From the NCBI GenBank assembly GCA_964343385.1, contig CAYFJH010000001.1, positions 1 to 63,088 on the forward strand: a DNA stretch of 63,088 bases, read 5' to 3'. Positions within the stretch are counted from its first letter, which is position 1, and every line of letters starts with the position of its first letter. A program made the translations under genes and the position numbers. Source of the DNA: an uncultured Novosphingobium sp. (lineage in GTDB: Bacteria > Pseudomonadota > Alphaproteobacteria > Sphingomonadales > Sphingomonadaceae). Below the pieces are notes generated by a model. The model had not been told where the DNA came from. It was given only the letters and a program-made list of their open reading frames with translations, and ran no database searches. Positions 1 to 8,060 of the stretch are shown one piece after another.

Positions 1-460
1 CGGTTGTCAAGCCTTCCTCCAGCACGCGGAAGCGGTTGGTCAGGTTGCTGCGAGCGACACGGTCACGCTCAAGCTCCCGATATCGTCCCGTCGCATCGGT
101 CACCGCATTGAGCAGCGCCGTGCGATCGACCGGCTTCGGCAGGAAGGCCGAAACCCCCAGCCGCATCGCAGCGTCCATGTCCTTGAGCCCCGCCGCGCCC
201 GAGCACAGCACCACCTGCAATGAGGTACCTCGCTGGCCCAGCTCGGACCGGAGTTCCGACAGGAGCGTCAGGCCGTCCATGTCAGGAAGGTGCAGGTCGA
301 GCACCATCACGCCGATCCGGGAGTCGCGCCCGACCATGGCGATCGCTTCGGATGGGCTGGCGGCATGTTGGCTGGGATAGCCGGCATCGCCCAGCAATTC
401 GCCCAGCGCCTCGGCGCAAGCGCTGTCATCCTCGACGACCAGGGTGTGAATGTGCGCCAC
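1..460 (-). CDS. response regulator receiver protein (runs off window edge)
   Basis: Manual translation from GTG at 460 (not in ORF track): MAHIHTLVVEDD...GVMVLDLHLPDMDGL...AFLPKPV, a full REC motif set. Confidence 0.85.
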   Translation of the reverse strand, partial: MAHIHTLVVEDDSACAEALGELLGDAGYPSQHAASPSEAIAMVGRDSRIGVMVLDLHLPDMDGLTLLSELRSELGQRGTSLQVVLCSGAAGLKDMDAAMRLGVSAFLPKPVDRTALLNAVTDATGRYRELERDRVARSNLTNRFRVLEEGLTT

Positions 461-1676
461 CGTGCGCTATTACGAAATCCGGATTAAATCCGGGTAAATG
501 GTCGCCTGATCCACGATCCGGCGCTGTCGATGCGAACGATGAGACACATAAAGGCCGACCGAGGCACCAGCCTTGTCCGACATCGCAGCCCGCCTCGTGG
601 AATTCCCGAATTTGCTCCTCCGTCTCGATACCTTCGGCGACACAGATCGCGCCCAGCGAATGGGCGAGCGCAACAAGTCCGCGAACGATCTTCCTGCCGT
701 GGGGTTTCATGACTTCGGTCGCGAAACGCCGATCGAGCTTGAGTTCGGTGATCGGTGCGTCGAGCAGCCGTTCGAAGCGGTTCTCGCCGGTGCCGAAATC
801 ATCGAGCGACAGGCCAAATCCCGCCAGACGCATTCGGGCGAGCGTTTCCAGGGGGCGTCCGCGCAGACTGGTTGCCGCGGTCTCGGTCAGTTCGAACACG
901 AACCGTTCGGGGAAGAGGCCATGACGGCGAACGGCCCTGACGAGCCGGCCGACCAGCTCGTCATCATCCAGCAGGCTGCCGGAGAGGTTTATCGAGATGC
1001 GCGCGGGAAAAGTATCGCCGTTCCAAGCCGCGACATGACCGGCCACCCGATCGACGACGCTGTCGGTGAGCGGGCCGATCAGTCCCGAGGTTTCCGCCAG
1101 GGCAATGAAGTGCTCAGGCGACACCTCTCCGAAGTGTGGGGACCGCCAGCGCGCAAGCACTTCAAAGCCGGCCAGTTCGCCTGAGACGAGCGCGATCTGC
1201 GGCTGATAGACTATACTGATCTCATCCCGAGCGAGCGCCTGGCGCAAATCCTCCGCCGTCACCAGCCGATCGGTCCTGGAAGCAGTTTCGGTCCGAGGCA
1301 GCTTTGCTTCCCGGAGAACTTCGGTCAGACGAACCAGCGAGATGGGCTTCGGCAAGGCCGCTGCCACCCGATAGCCGATGTCCGCTGCGGCGCGCGCCGC
1401 AATATCCAGCACAACCGGATCGAAGCCGCTGACAAGAACCAGGTCCGGCATGGGGCCAGCGGCGAAACTGCGGCGCAACAGCTGGGGACCATCGTGATCA
1501 TCGCCAAGTTGCAGATCGACAACGGCGAAATCCGCCCATTGCCAGTCTGCATCGGTCAACTCGGCCGGGCTGGTATAGGTGCGGCAGGCGCAGCCGCGAT
1601 CCGTCATGCCTTCGGCAAAGACTTCCCCGAATGCGACATCGTCGTCGATGAGGAGGATGTTGGTCGGAAATTGCAT
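426..1676 (-). CDS. REC-EAL response regulator / c-di-GMP phosphodiesterase
   Basis: N-terminal ILLIDDD..VVDLQL..LPKP receiver; EAL domain motifs YQPQ, FEVLARW, DDFGTG, EGIET; start at ATG 1676. Confidence 0.9.
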   Translation of the reverse strand: MQFPTNILLIDDDVAFGEVFAEGMTDRGCACRTYTSPAELTDADWQWADFAVVDLQLGDDHDGPQLLRRSFAAGPMPDLVLVSGFDPVVLDIAARAAADIGYRVAAALPKPISLVRLTEVLREAKLPRTETASRTDRLVTAEDLRQALARDEISIVYQPQIALVSGELAGFEVLARWRSPHFGEVSPEHFIALAETSGLIGPLTDSVVDRVAGHVAAWNGDTFPARISINLSGSLLDDDELVGRLVRAVRRHGLFPERFVFELTETAATSLRGRPLETLARMRLAGFGLSLDDFGTGENRFERLLDAPITELKLDRRFATEVMKPHGRKIVRGLVALAHSLGAICVAEGIETEEQIREFHEAGCDVGQGWCLGRPLCVSSFASTAPDRGSGDHLPGFNPDFVIAHGGAHSHPGRRG

Positions 1677-1845
1677 GAGGCGATCCTTCGATCTGCGTCG
1701 TCCCCGATGGACGCATTTGGGCTTTAGGCGAGCGCTAACCGTCGAATTGCGGAAGTGACCCCGATCCAGAAAGGTTCGGGGCAGATCGTTCCGCGCCGGT
1801 GTCATCCGTCCACCCAGGCCGTGATTCGCCGGTTATCCGATCGGC

Positions 1846-2679
1846 ATGAACAACCGTATCCATCATCCGGCCAACAAGATTGGCCTCGCCCTTTGCGCCG
1901 CGACCATGCTGGCCGGATGCGCGACGCTGCCGGCGCATGAAACGCCGGCAGGTGTCCGCACCGAATCCCGCTTCCCGGTAACGTCGAACGACACCCCCTA
2001 CTCGCGCTGCCTCGCGGCCCTGTCCGGCAGTGCAGGCACCAATCTGCCGGTGATCGCCGTCGGCGACATTGCCGACAAGACCGGGCAGTTCAGCGTCCAG
2101 GACCATGGCTACGCGCTGAGCCAGGGCGCGACCGAGATGGTGATCAGCGCCTTTCACAAGACCCGCAAGGTGAGTCTGGTCGAGCGCGCCGACCTGCGGG
2201 TCGCCAACCAGGAGCTGACGTTTCGCAAGGGCACCCTGATCGCCGATCCGCTGAGGCCCGGCATGCTCAAGCCCGCCAACTTCATTGTCGTCGGAGCGCT
2301 CACCGAGCTCAACTACAACATCCTGAGCAACGGCGCGGGCCTGTGGATCAAGGGCATTGGCGCCGGCGGCAAGGCCGCGGTCGTCAATGTCGCTCTCGAC
2401 CTCAGGATGATCGACGCCAAGACGCTGGAGGTCGTCCATGTCGTGACACTCCAGAAACAGATCGTCGGCCGTGAGGTCGAGGCCAATATCTTCCGGTTCT
2501 TCACTGGAACGCTGGTCGAACTGGACGCCGGGAAAATCCGTAACGAGCCACTGCAGCTCGGCGTCCGTTCCGTGGTCGAGATGGCCGTTCACCAGATCAT
2601 GACGGACTACCTCGGCCTTCCCCCAAACAATGGATGTCGCCTGACCGATGGCGCCGCCGCGGCTCCCAACACCAAGTGA
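1846..2679 (+). CDS. CsgG/HfaB-family outer-membrane lipoprotein secretin
   Basis: Lipobox LAGC; motifs IAVGDIADKTG, LVER, GALTELNYN, LQKQIVGREV, EPLQLGVR typical of HfaB/CsgG. Confidence 0.85.
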   Translation: MNNRIHHPANKIGLALCAATMLAGCATLPAHETPAGVRTESRFPVTSNDTPYSRCLAALSGSAGTNLPVIAVGDIADKTGQFSVQDHGYALSQGATEMVISAFHKTRKVSLVERADLRVANQELTFRKGTLIADPLRPGMLKPANFIVVGALTELNYNILSNGAGLWIKGIGAGGKAAVVNVALDLRMIDAKTLEVVHVVTLQKQIVGREVEANIFRFFTGTLVELDAGKIRNEPLQLGVRSVVEMAVHQIMTDYLGLPPNNGCRLTDGAAAAPNTK

Positions 2680-2693
2680 CAAGGAATAAATGC

Positions 2694-3536
2694 ATGACAA
2701 TCAAAAACTTCAGAAATACCGCCGCGATCGGCGCCATGACCGTCGGGCTCACCTTCACCAGCTCTGCCTTCGCCCAGGATTCGGTTCGCTGGACCTGGGA
2801 AAAGGCCCGCACCGATACGACGGCCGGCACCGTCGCCTCGACGCTGACCGCGCTTCCGACCGGCGACATGGCCGTCCGGGCGCGCCAGATCTACGTTGGC
2901 GACATCCACGCCCAGGCCGATGCCAATGCCTCGATCACGCCGGCTCCGGACACGGTGCTCGGCGCCGATACGCTCGGCCATGTCGACGCAAGCGCGACCG
3001 GCTATGCCAACCTTTACTCGGCGTCGGCGGAAGTGCCGCTGTCGGTCAGCCTGGGGCAAACGCACAACGGCAATATCGATCCGGCTTCGGGCGCCGTGCC
3101 AACCGCATCCGATCCGCTCTCGACCGACGCCAATCAGGCATTCGCGGATGCCCGGATGACCGATTCGGCCAACGGGCTGTTCACGCCGCATGAGACGACC
3201 GCAAGCGCCAGCGCTATAGGCGTCGTCGATGCGACTGCGTCGAGCGATGCGCGATCCACCAGCAACGCGGCGCAGCTTGAACTTGCGGCCGCGCCCGCCG
3301 AGCTGGCGGCAGCCGATCCGAGCGGTGGTTTCGTCACCAACGCGCTGATGTCCGCCGATCTCACCCAGTTGAGCATCGGGCGCACCGAGGCGCTCGCCAC
3401 GACCAGCATCTCGATGAGCAACACGGGCGGCCTCGGCGCGCTCGAGATGCCGGTCGCCGCAGCCACGGCCACCTCGATCGGCAATCTCGGGACTGCGGCG
3501 GTCACGCGGGTCGGGACGCTCGATCTCGGGCTTTGA
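2694..3536 (+). CDS. secreted Ala/Thr/Ser-rich protein, HfaD-like candidate fibre subunit
   Basis: Signal peptide ending SAFA-Q; recurring AxAxx(G/A/S)N and QxxxG motifs; directly after secretin gene. Confidence 0.55.
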   Translation: MTIKNFRNTAAIGAMTVGLTFTSSAFAQDSVRWTWEKARTDTTAGTVASTLTALPTGDMAVRARQIYVGDIHAQADANASITPAPDTVLGADTLGHVDASATGYANLYSASAEVPLSVSLGQTHNGNIDPASGAVPTASDPLSTDANQAFADARMTDSANGLFTPHETTASASAIGVVDATASSDARSTSNAAQLELAAAPAELAAADPSGGFVTNALMSADLTQLSIGRTEALATTSISMSNTGGLGALEMPVAAATATSIGNLGTAAVTRVGTLDLGL

Positions 3537-3543
3537 GGGGAAC

Positions 3544-3571
3544 GGAGCCGGGCGGCGCACCGCCCGGCTCC
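3544..3571 (+). terminator. perfect 12-bp GC hairpin without U-tract (mRNA stabiliser or attenuator)
   Basis: GGAGCCGGGCGG-cgca-CCGCCCGGCTCC. Confidence 0.6.
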
Positions 3572-3597
3572 CAACTGGCAGGACGAAGGAGAAAATC

Positions 3598-4011
3598 ATG
3601 ATTGATCCAGTTCGCACCGCATTTGCGCTCGCCTTGCTGCCAGGACTTGTCATCGCCGCGCCCGCCCGCGCAAAGGATCCCTCGAACGTTCACGCCTGGG
3701 ACTTCCGCGATCGAAGCAACGCGGATCGCATGGCGCGGGCGACCGTGATGTGGCAGGTCGAGCAAGCGGAACAGGGCGGCGGCGCACCCTCAGCGCTGTC
3801 AGGCGGTTCGCGCGCCGCCGGTCTGCCCAGCACGACTTCGGTGGCCAACATGACAATCGTCACCGTGACAGTGGGCGACAACAGCCACGCCGACGTGATC
3901 GTCGACTCGGACCAGCACAATGTCGGCGATGTGAATTCGACGGCGGTCGTGGCGACCGGCAACCTGGTCGACATCGGCCAGATCGGCAGCGTGGCGGGGG
4001 GCTCGCAATGA
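3598..4011 (+). CDS. small secreted HfaA-like protein
   Basis: Signal peptide (APARA); C-terminal TSVANMTIVTV...VIVDSDQHNVGDVNSTA resembles the HfaA C-terminal motif. Confidence 0.6.
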   Translation: MIDPVRTAFALALLPGLVIAAPARAKDPSNVHAWDFRDRSNADRMARATVMWQVEQAEQGGGAPSALSGGSRAAGLPSTTSVANMTIVTVTVGDNSHADVIVDSDQHNVGDVNSTAVVATGNLVDIGQIGSVAGGSQ

Positions 4012-4664
4012 ACCAGCCGCTCCTGCATCTCGATGTCGCCGCACCGGGCGATGCCGCCCCGCCCCCTGACACCTTCGAGGCGATCGCGAGCGCCGAGCTG
4101 GTGCACCGCAGCCGCAACCTGCTGGCGCTGGTCCAGGCCCTGGCGGACCACACGCTGCGATCCGCCCGCGACCTCGATGAGGCGCGGACGGTGCTGGCCG
4201 ACCGCCTGCGCAACCTTGCCCGCACGCACGAACCGCGCGAGCAGGGCAACCGGCAGGAGACGAGCATCGGTAGAACCGTCGAACGGACCTTGCGCGCCGA
4301 CCTTGGCATCGACGACGGCGCGCTGCTCTCGAACGGACCCGAGGTCGCGCTGCCGTTCGAGGGCGCGCGATGGCTGTCGATGGCGCTCCACGAACTGGCG
4401 ACCAATTCGCTCAAGCACGGCGCCCTGTCGCGGATCGGCGGCATGGTGGTGGTGCGCTGGTGGGCGCGCGACGCGGCCAGCGGGCGGATTCGCTTCGAGT
4501 GGCGCGAGCGTGGTGGGCCGCCGATCTTCGTCCCGACCCGGCAGGGGTTCGGTACGGACCTCATTTGCCGCAGCCTCCATGCCGCGCTTGGCGGGCCGGC
4601 CAGAACCGTCATCTTACCCGACGGCATCGACTGGCTGGTGGGCGACGCGCTTGGCGCAAGCTGA
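4008..4664 (+). CDS. HWE-family histidine kinase lacking a sensor domain
   Basis: ELVHRSRNLL H-box, HELATNSLKHGALS, WRERGGP, GFGT; ATGA overlap with upstream gene. Confidence 0.9.
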   Translation: MNQPLLHLDVAAPGDAAPPPDTFEAIASAELVHRSRNLLALVQALADHTLRSARDLDEARTVLADRLRNLARTHEPREQGNRQETSIGRTVERTLRADLGIDDGALLSNGPEVALPFEGARWLSMALHELATNSLKHGALSRIGGMVVVRWWARDAASGRIRFEWRERGGPPIFVPTRQGFGTDLICRSLHAALGGPARTVILPDGIDWLVGDALGAS

Positions 4665-4728
4665 ACGACACTGGGCGTGGTTCGGTCACCGCCGAAATCG
4701 CAACGCCGGACTGCTCATCGGGATTGGT

Positions 4729-5535
4729 ATGATGATGAATTTCCTGTTCAATCAAGCGTCCGTCTGGGCAATCGGCCTGGGCTTCTTCGTTGTCCTGGCG
4801 ATTGCTGCCGAATTGGGTTTTCGCCTTCAGCAATGGCTCGATCATCGCCAGGTGAGGACGGAAAACAAAGGAGGCACCGGCCAAATCCTGGGTGTCTCGC
4901 TCGGACTTATGTCGCTGTTGCTCAGCTTCACCTTCTCGCTCGCGGTCAATCGCTACGACACGCGCCGCGCGCTGGTGCTGGAAGAGGCAAACGCGATCGG
5001 CACGGCCTGGCAACAGGCGCAAATCCTGCCCGAGCCCTACCGAACTCCGCTGGTCAGGCAGCTGCGCGACTATGCCCAGGTTCGCATCGGCTTTTTCGAC
5101 GCTGGTGCGGATGCGGCGAAGCTCGCCGAGATAAATCGCAGAACGGGCTCCCTGCAGAGTCAATTGTGGCGAGAAACTTCACGCGTCATCGACGCGCTGC
5201 CCAATCACACCCAGTCGGGCGCGCTGATGAACACAATCGGGCACATGTTCGATGTTGCCCCGGCACGAAAGATCGCGCTCGCCGCACGCATTCCGAGCGC
5301 GGTGCTGACTGGACTGTCGTTGCTCCTGGTGGCGAGCGCCCTGATGCTGGGTGCGGTGCTCGGCGGCAATGGGCGACGGCACGCGCTCCTGTCACTCCTC
5401 CTCCTCGCATTGCTCGCATCGACAATCACCCTGATTGTGGACATCGATCGGCCGCGCCAGGATCACATCCGCGTCGATCAGGCGCCGCTCCACGATCTGC
5501 GGCAGGCGATGCTTGCGGTATCCGGCAATTCCTGA
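4729..5535 (+). CDS. membrane protein, DUF4239/bestrophin-like
   Basis: Four hydrophobic segments; LLLSFTFS..NRYDTRR..EEANAIGTAW and IVDIDRPR motifs. Confidence 0.7.
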   Translation: MMMNFLFNQASVWAIGLGFFVVLAIAAELGFRLQQWLDHRQVRTENKGGTGQILGVSLGLMSLLLSFTFSLAVNRYDTRRALVLEEANAIGTAWQQAQILPEPYRTPLVRQLRDYAQVRIGFFDAGADAAKLAEINRRTGSLQSQLWRETSRVIDALPNHTQSGALMNTIGHMFDVAPARKIALAARIPSAVLTGLSLLLVASALMLGAVLGGNGRRHALLSLLLLALLASTITLIVDIDRPRQDHIRVDQAPLHDLRQAMLAVSGNS

Positions 5536-5640
5536 GCGGTTGACGGCGGCTCTGCCCCACGACAGTGGTTCGACCTGGCTGCGGCAGCGCGAACCCGCGC
5601 CGATTCCCGAATGGCCCAGAACCATGCGTTCCAAATCAAG

Positions 5641-5687
5641 GTTTCATATATGCGACCATATTCCACTTATGATCGCATATATGAGAC
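5641..5687. repeat. 20-bp inverted repeat with 7-bp spacer
   Basis: GTTTCATATATGCGACCATA-ttccact-TATGATCGCATATATGAGAC (18/20 match). Confidence 0.8.
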
Positions 5688-5930
5688 TTTCTGGCCGACC
5701 AAATGCAAAATTGTTGCTCGTTGGCGCCGTTCTCGAAATCCCGCAAGTGCGTCATCACCGCATCCGCATAGCCAACAATCGGCACGACTGCTGCGCGATT
5801 TGGTTTGCGCAAAGAGCAACGGCGGGCTTTCGCCCGCCGCGTGCCTGGTCGCCGAAGCCGATCAGGGGAGTGGTCACCGGTATATGTCCCGTGAACAAGT
5901 CTGCACAATGGCATGACTGCAGCGGGACCG

Positions 5931-6314
5931 TCAGAGAACACCTTCAATATCGGTTGGGGCGAAGTCATTGCCCACGAAGAGCAAAGGACAAGCATGTTCC
6001 TTTGCCACCTCATAGGCGAAGCAATCACCGAAGTTGAGGCCCGCCGGATGCACGCCCTTCCCCCAGTGCGCATAGGCCTCCGCCACGCGCTTGGCCGAAG
6101 CCGGCGTTACCGAAACCACTTCCAACCCAAGCCCTTCGATCAGGCTGACCGCTTCCACTCCAATATTGCGCCGGCCCGCGACGATCAGCGTCTCCGCCAG
6201 CGTCGCCGAAGAGATGACGATATCCTCCTCGGCCTCGATCGCCGAAATACATATGTCGGCTTCGGGTTCATTGAGAAGGATAGCCATGATCGCCGAGGTA
6301 TCGATGGCGATCAT
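5931..6314 (-). CDS. vapC: VapC PIN-domain toxin
   Basis: IAIDTSAIMAIL, LNFGDCFAY, LLFVGNDF PIN motifs. Confidence 0.93.
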   Translation of the reverse strand: MIAIDTSAIMAILLNEPEADICISAIEAEEDIVISSATLAETLIVAGRRNIGVEAVSLIEGLGLEVVSVTPASAKRVAEAYAHWGKGVHPAGLNFGDCFAYEVAKEHACPLLFVGNDFAPTDIEGVL

Positions 6315-6568
6315 CCCGGCATGCCCTCATCACCGTAAAGAAAATCCTGGCTGCGGGCGGCGATGGAGCCTGGAGACGCCTTGACCGCAGCCGCCGCGCG
6401 GACTGCTTCAATCAGCTTCCGACGCGACGCCCGGTCGGTCGGCACCTTGACCGGCACAAGGCGCACGGCGGCATGCCCGTGGCGGGTCAGAATGACCTCG
6501 TCGCCGGCTTCCGCACGCCTGACCAGTTCGGTGAGCTGGCCTTTCGCTTCCGACACAGGGATTTGCAT
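6311..6568 (-). CDS. Phd/YefM-family antitoxin
   Basis: MQIPVSEAKGQLTELVRRAEAGDEVILTRHG; overlaps vapC start. Confidence 0.9.
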   Translation of the reverse strand: MQIPVSEAKGQLTELVRRAEAGDEVILTRHGHAAVRLVPVKVPTDRASRRKLIEAVRAAAAVKASPGSIAARSQDFLYGDEGMPG

Positions 6569-6605
6569 GGAGCTTCTCCGAAGAACAAACTTTGCAGCAG
6601 ATATA

Positions 6606-6620
6606 GACCATTTAATGGTC
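6606..6620. promoter_or_regulatory. palindromic operator for TA autorepression
   Basis: GACCAT-tta-ATGGTC about 40 bp upstream of the antitoxin start. Confidence 0.55.
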
Positions 6621-6743
6621 CAAATCCACCTCGCCGTTGCGCAAGTATCCCAGGAGCGGGTCGACATCTGATTGACCCATCCAATGGACGAAACCTCCTC
6701 AGCTTGCAAAATGCCATTTGCTCCATCGCATTCTGATGACGGC

Positions 6744-6767
6744 CCGTGGGAGCATCCGTGGGAGCAT
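6744..6767. repeat. tandem 12-bp direct repeat (possible integrase arm sites)
   Basis: CCGTGGGAGCAT x2, about 90 bp from the tRNA fragment. Confidence 0.6.
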
Positions 6768-6855
6768 CGCGGTAGCGGCCGGGATTGAGCGGGAAGCGAA
6801 ATGACGGATTTCAGCCGTTTTCTTTCCCTCCCGTCCCCCTCAATCCCTTGTATCC

Positions 6856-6882
6856 CGGGTTCGATTCCTGTAGGGGTCACCA
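6856..6882 (+). mobile_element. att site: duplicated 3' end of tRNA-Glu
   Basis: CGGGTTCGATTCCTGTAGGGGTCACCA = T-arm + acceptor + CCA, no 5' half; followed by ACAAAATCAACCACTTAG. Confidence 0.7.
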
Positions 6883-6909
6883 ACAAAATCAACCACTTAG
6901 TGGTAGGCA

Positions 6910-7060
6910 GCGCCTCGGCAGAGCGCCCGCCATGCTTCCATGCGTTCCGATTACCTCTAGGCGCTCCCGGATTCGTCCCGCCGTGCAGCCCCGCCCCACG
7001 CCTGTGTCGATGGTGGATAGGCGGGACCCGCGCACCCCTGTGCGGCACCCCACAGGCCTT
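6910..7060 (-). pseudogene. HGGxSTG-domain protein remnant
   Basis: LHGGTNPGAPRGNRNAWKHGGRSAE. Confidence 0.55.
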
Positions 7061-7165
7061 CGGCCAGCGCTCCTGCCGCAGGATCGCTTGGCCCCGTGCC
7101 AGTGTGGCGATGCACTTGGTCCCGCCAAGTTCCAGCCCGACGATCAGCGGTTCCGCCGTGGTCAT
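7061..7165 (-). pseudogene. ROK-family (fructokinase-like) N-terminal fragment
   Basis: RBS GGAGG then MTTAEPLIVGLELGGTKCIATLA; similarity ends after about 35 codons. Confidence 0.6.
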
Positions 7166-7357
7166 GCCACACTCCTCCTGTTTTGGACCTGTCAGACGTA
7201 GCGGCAATCGAAACCCCGCCCGACCGACCGGTATGTCGGCACCGCAAAGCCGACAACCTCGGGCAAGGCGGATCGATCCGGGTGGCTTTGAAGATCGCGG
7301 CAGTGGCCATCATTCCTGCATGGATAAAGCACCATCAAAACCCTGCCGGCCGTCAAT

Positions 7358-7373
7358 TAGCACGAATATTGCA
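7358..7373 (+). promoter_or_regulatory. degenerate sigma54 promoter
   Basis: TAGCAC-gaata-TTGCA (GG replaced by AG). Confidence 0.4.
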
Positions 7374-7407
7374 TCCCGGCCTCATATCAGGAACAAGGGA
7401 GACTTCC

Positions 7408-7614
7408 GTGCCACTTTATGACTTCCGCTGCTCGGATTGCGCGGCAGAGTTCGAATTGCTGGTCCGCAGCACCGATCAACCCGCCTGCCCTGCGTGCGGT
7501 GCACCCGATGTCGTGCGGCTCGTCTCTCGTGTTGCGCCTGCTGGCCGGGCCAAAGCCGCAGCCAAGGCGATGCGCGAAAGGGCGCGCCGCGAAGGGCATA
7601 CGAGCAACTTCTAG
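7408..7614 (+). CDS. FmdB-family zinc-ribbon protein
   Basis: MPLYDFRCSDC..FE..CPACG; GTG start with RBS. Confidence 0.85.
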   Translation: MPLYDFRCSDCAAEFELLVRSTDQPACPACGAPDVVRLVSRVAPAGRAKAAAKAMRERARREGHTSNF

Positions 7615-7701
7615 CACCGGGTGCACTTACGTTGTTCGACCGACCGTACTGCATGTCTGCGACGGGCTGCGCCTGACGCAGGCTGGCATCAATCCGACAA
7701 T

Positions 7702-7789
7702 TGTCGTGCATCCGACAGACACGTCACCGCAAAATCGGGCTTCCGCGCGCCCGGAATGGCCGTTGGCAAGCAGTGGCACGAACCCTGCA
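7702..7789 (+). promoter_or_regulatory. NifA UAS plus sigma54 promoter of the fdxN-LRV-nifT-SIR2 operon
   Basis: TGT-N10-ACA at 7702-7717; TGGCAC-gaacc-CTGCA at 7774-7789. Confidence 0.85.
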
Positions 7790-7823
7790 TGGCATCAGGC
7801 GATCCACCTTACGGAGACCTGAA

Positions 7824-8018
7824 ATGGCCTACAAGATCATTGCATCGCAGTGCACCGGTTGCAGCGCCTGCGAATTCGAATGCCCGAACGCGGCGATCTC
7901 GATGAAGGGCGAAACCTTCATCATCGATCCCAAGAAATGCACCGAGTGCAAGGATCATTTCGATCATCCGCAGTGCGATACGGTGTGTCCGGTCGCCAAG
8001 ACCTGCGTTCCGGCCTGA
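7824..8018 (+). CDS. fdxN: 2[4Fe-4S] ferredoxin, FdxN-like
   Basis: [12 protein letters not shown] and [12 protein letters not shown]. Confidence 0.85.
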   Translation: MAYKIIASQCTGCSACEFECPNAAISMKGETFIIDPKKCTECKDHFDHPQCDTVCPVAKTCVPA

Positions 8019-8060
8019 TATCGTGATCGCGGCGTCGGGCATTCGGCCGGGTTCGACATC

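Noticed and set aside
4033..4728. N-terminal extension of the 500-aa ORF
   Set aside because: Overlaps the HWE kinase out of frame and is low-complexity; the membrane protein starts at about 4729
6856..6882. Functional tRNA gene
   Set aside because: Only the T-arm and 3' acceptor strand are present; no D or anticodon arm upstream
6311..7207. 298-aa ORF as a single gene
   Set aside because: Accidental open frame joining a ROK fragment, an HGGxSTG remnant, the antisense att site and the real 85-aa antitoxin
7234..7255. TGTCGGC-N8-GCCGACA palindrome as a NifA UAS
   Set aside because: Spacing is TGT-N16-ACA, not N10; function cannot be supported
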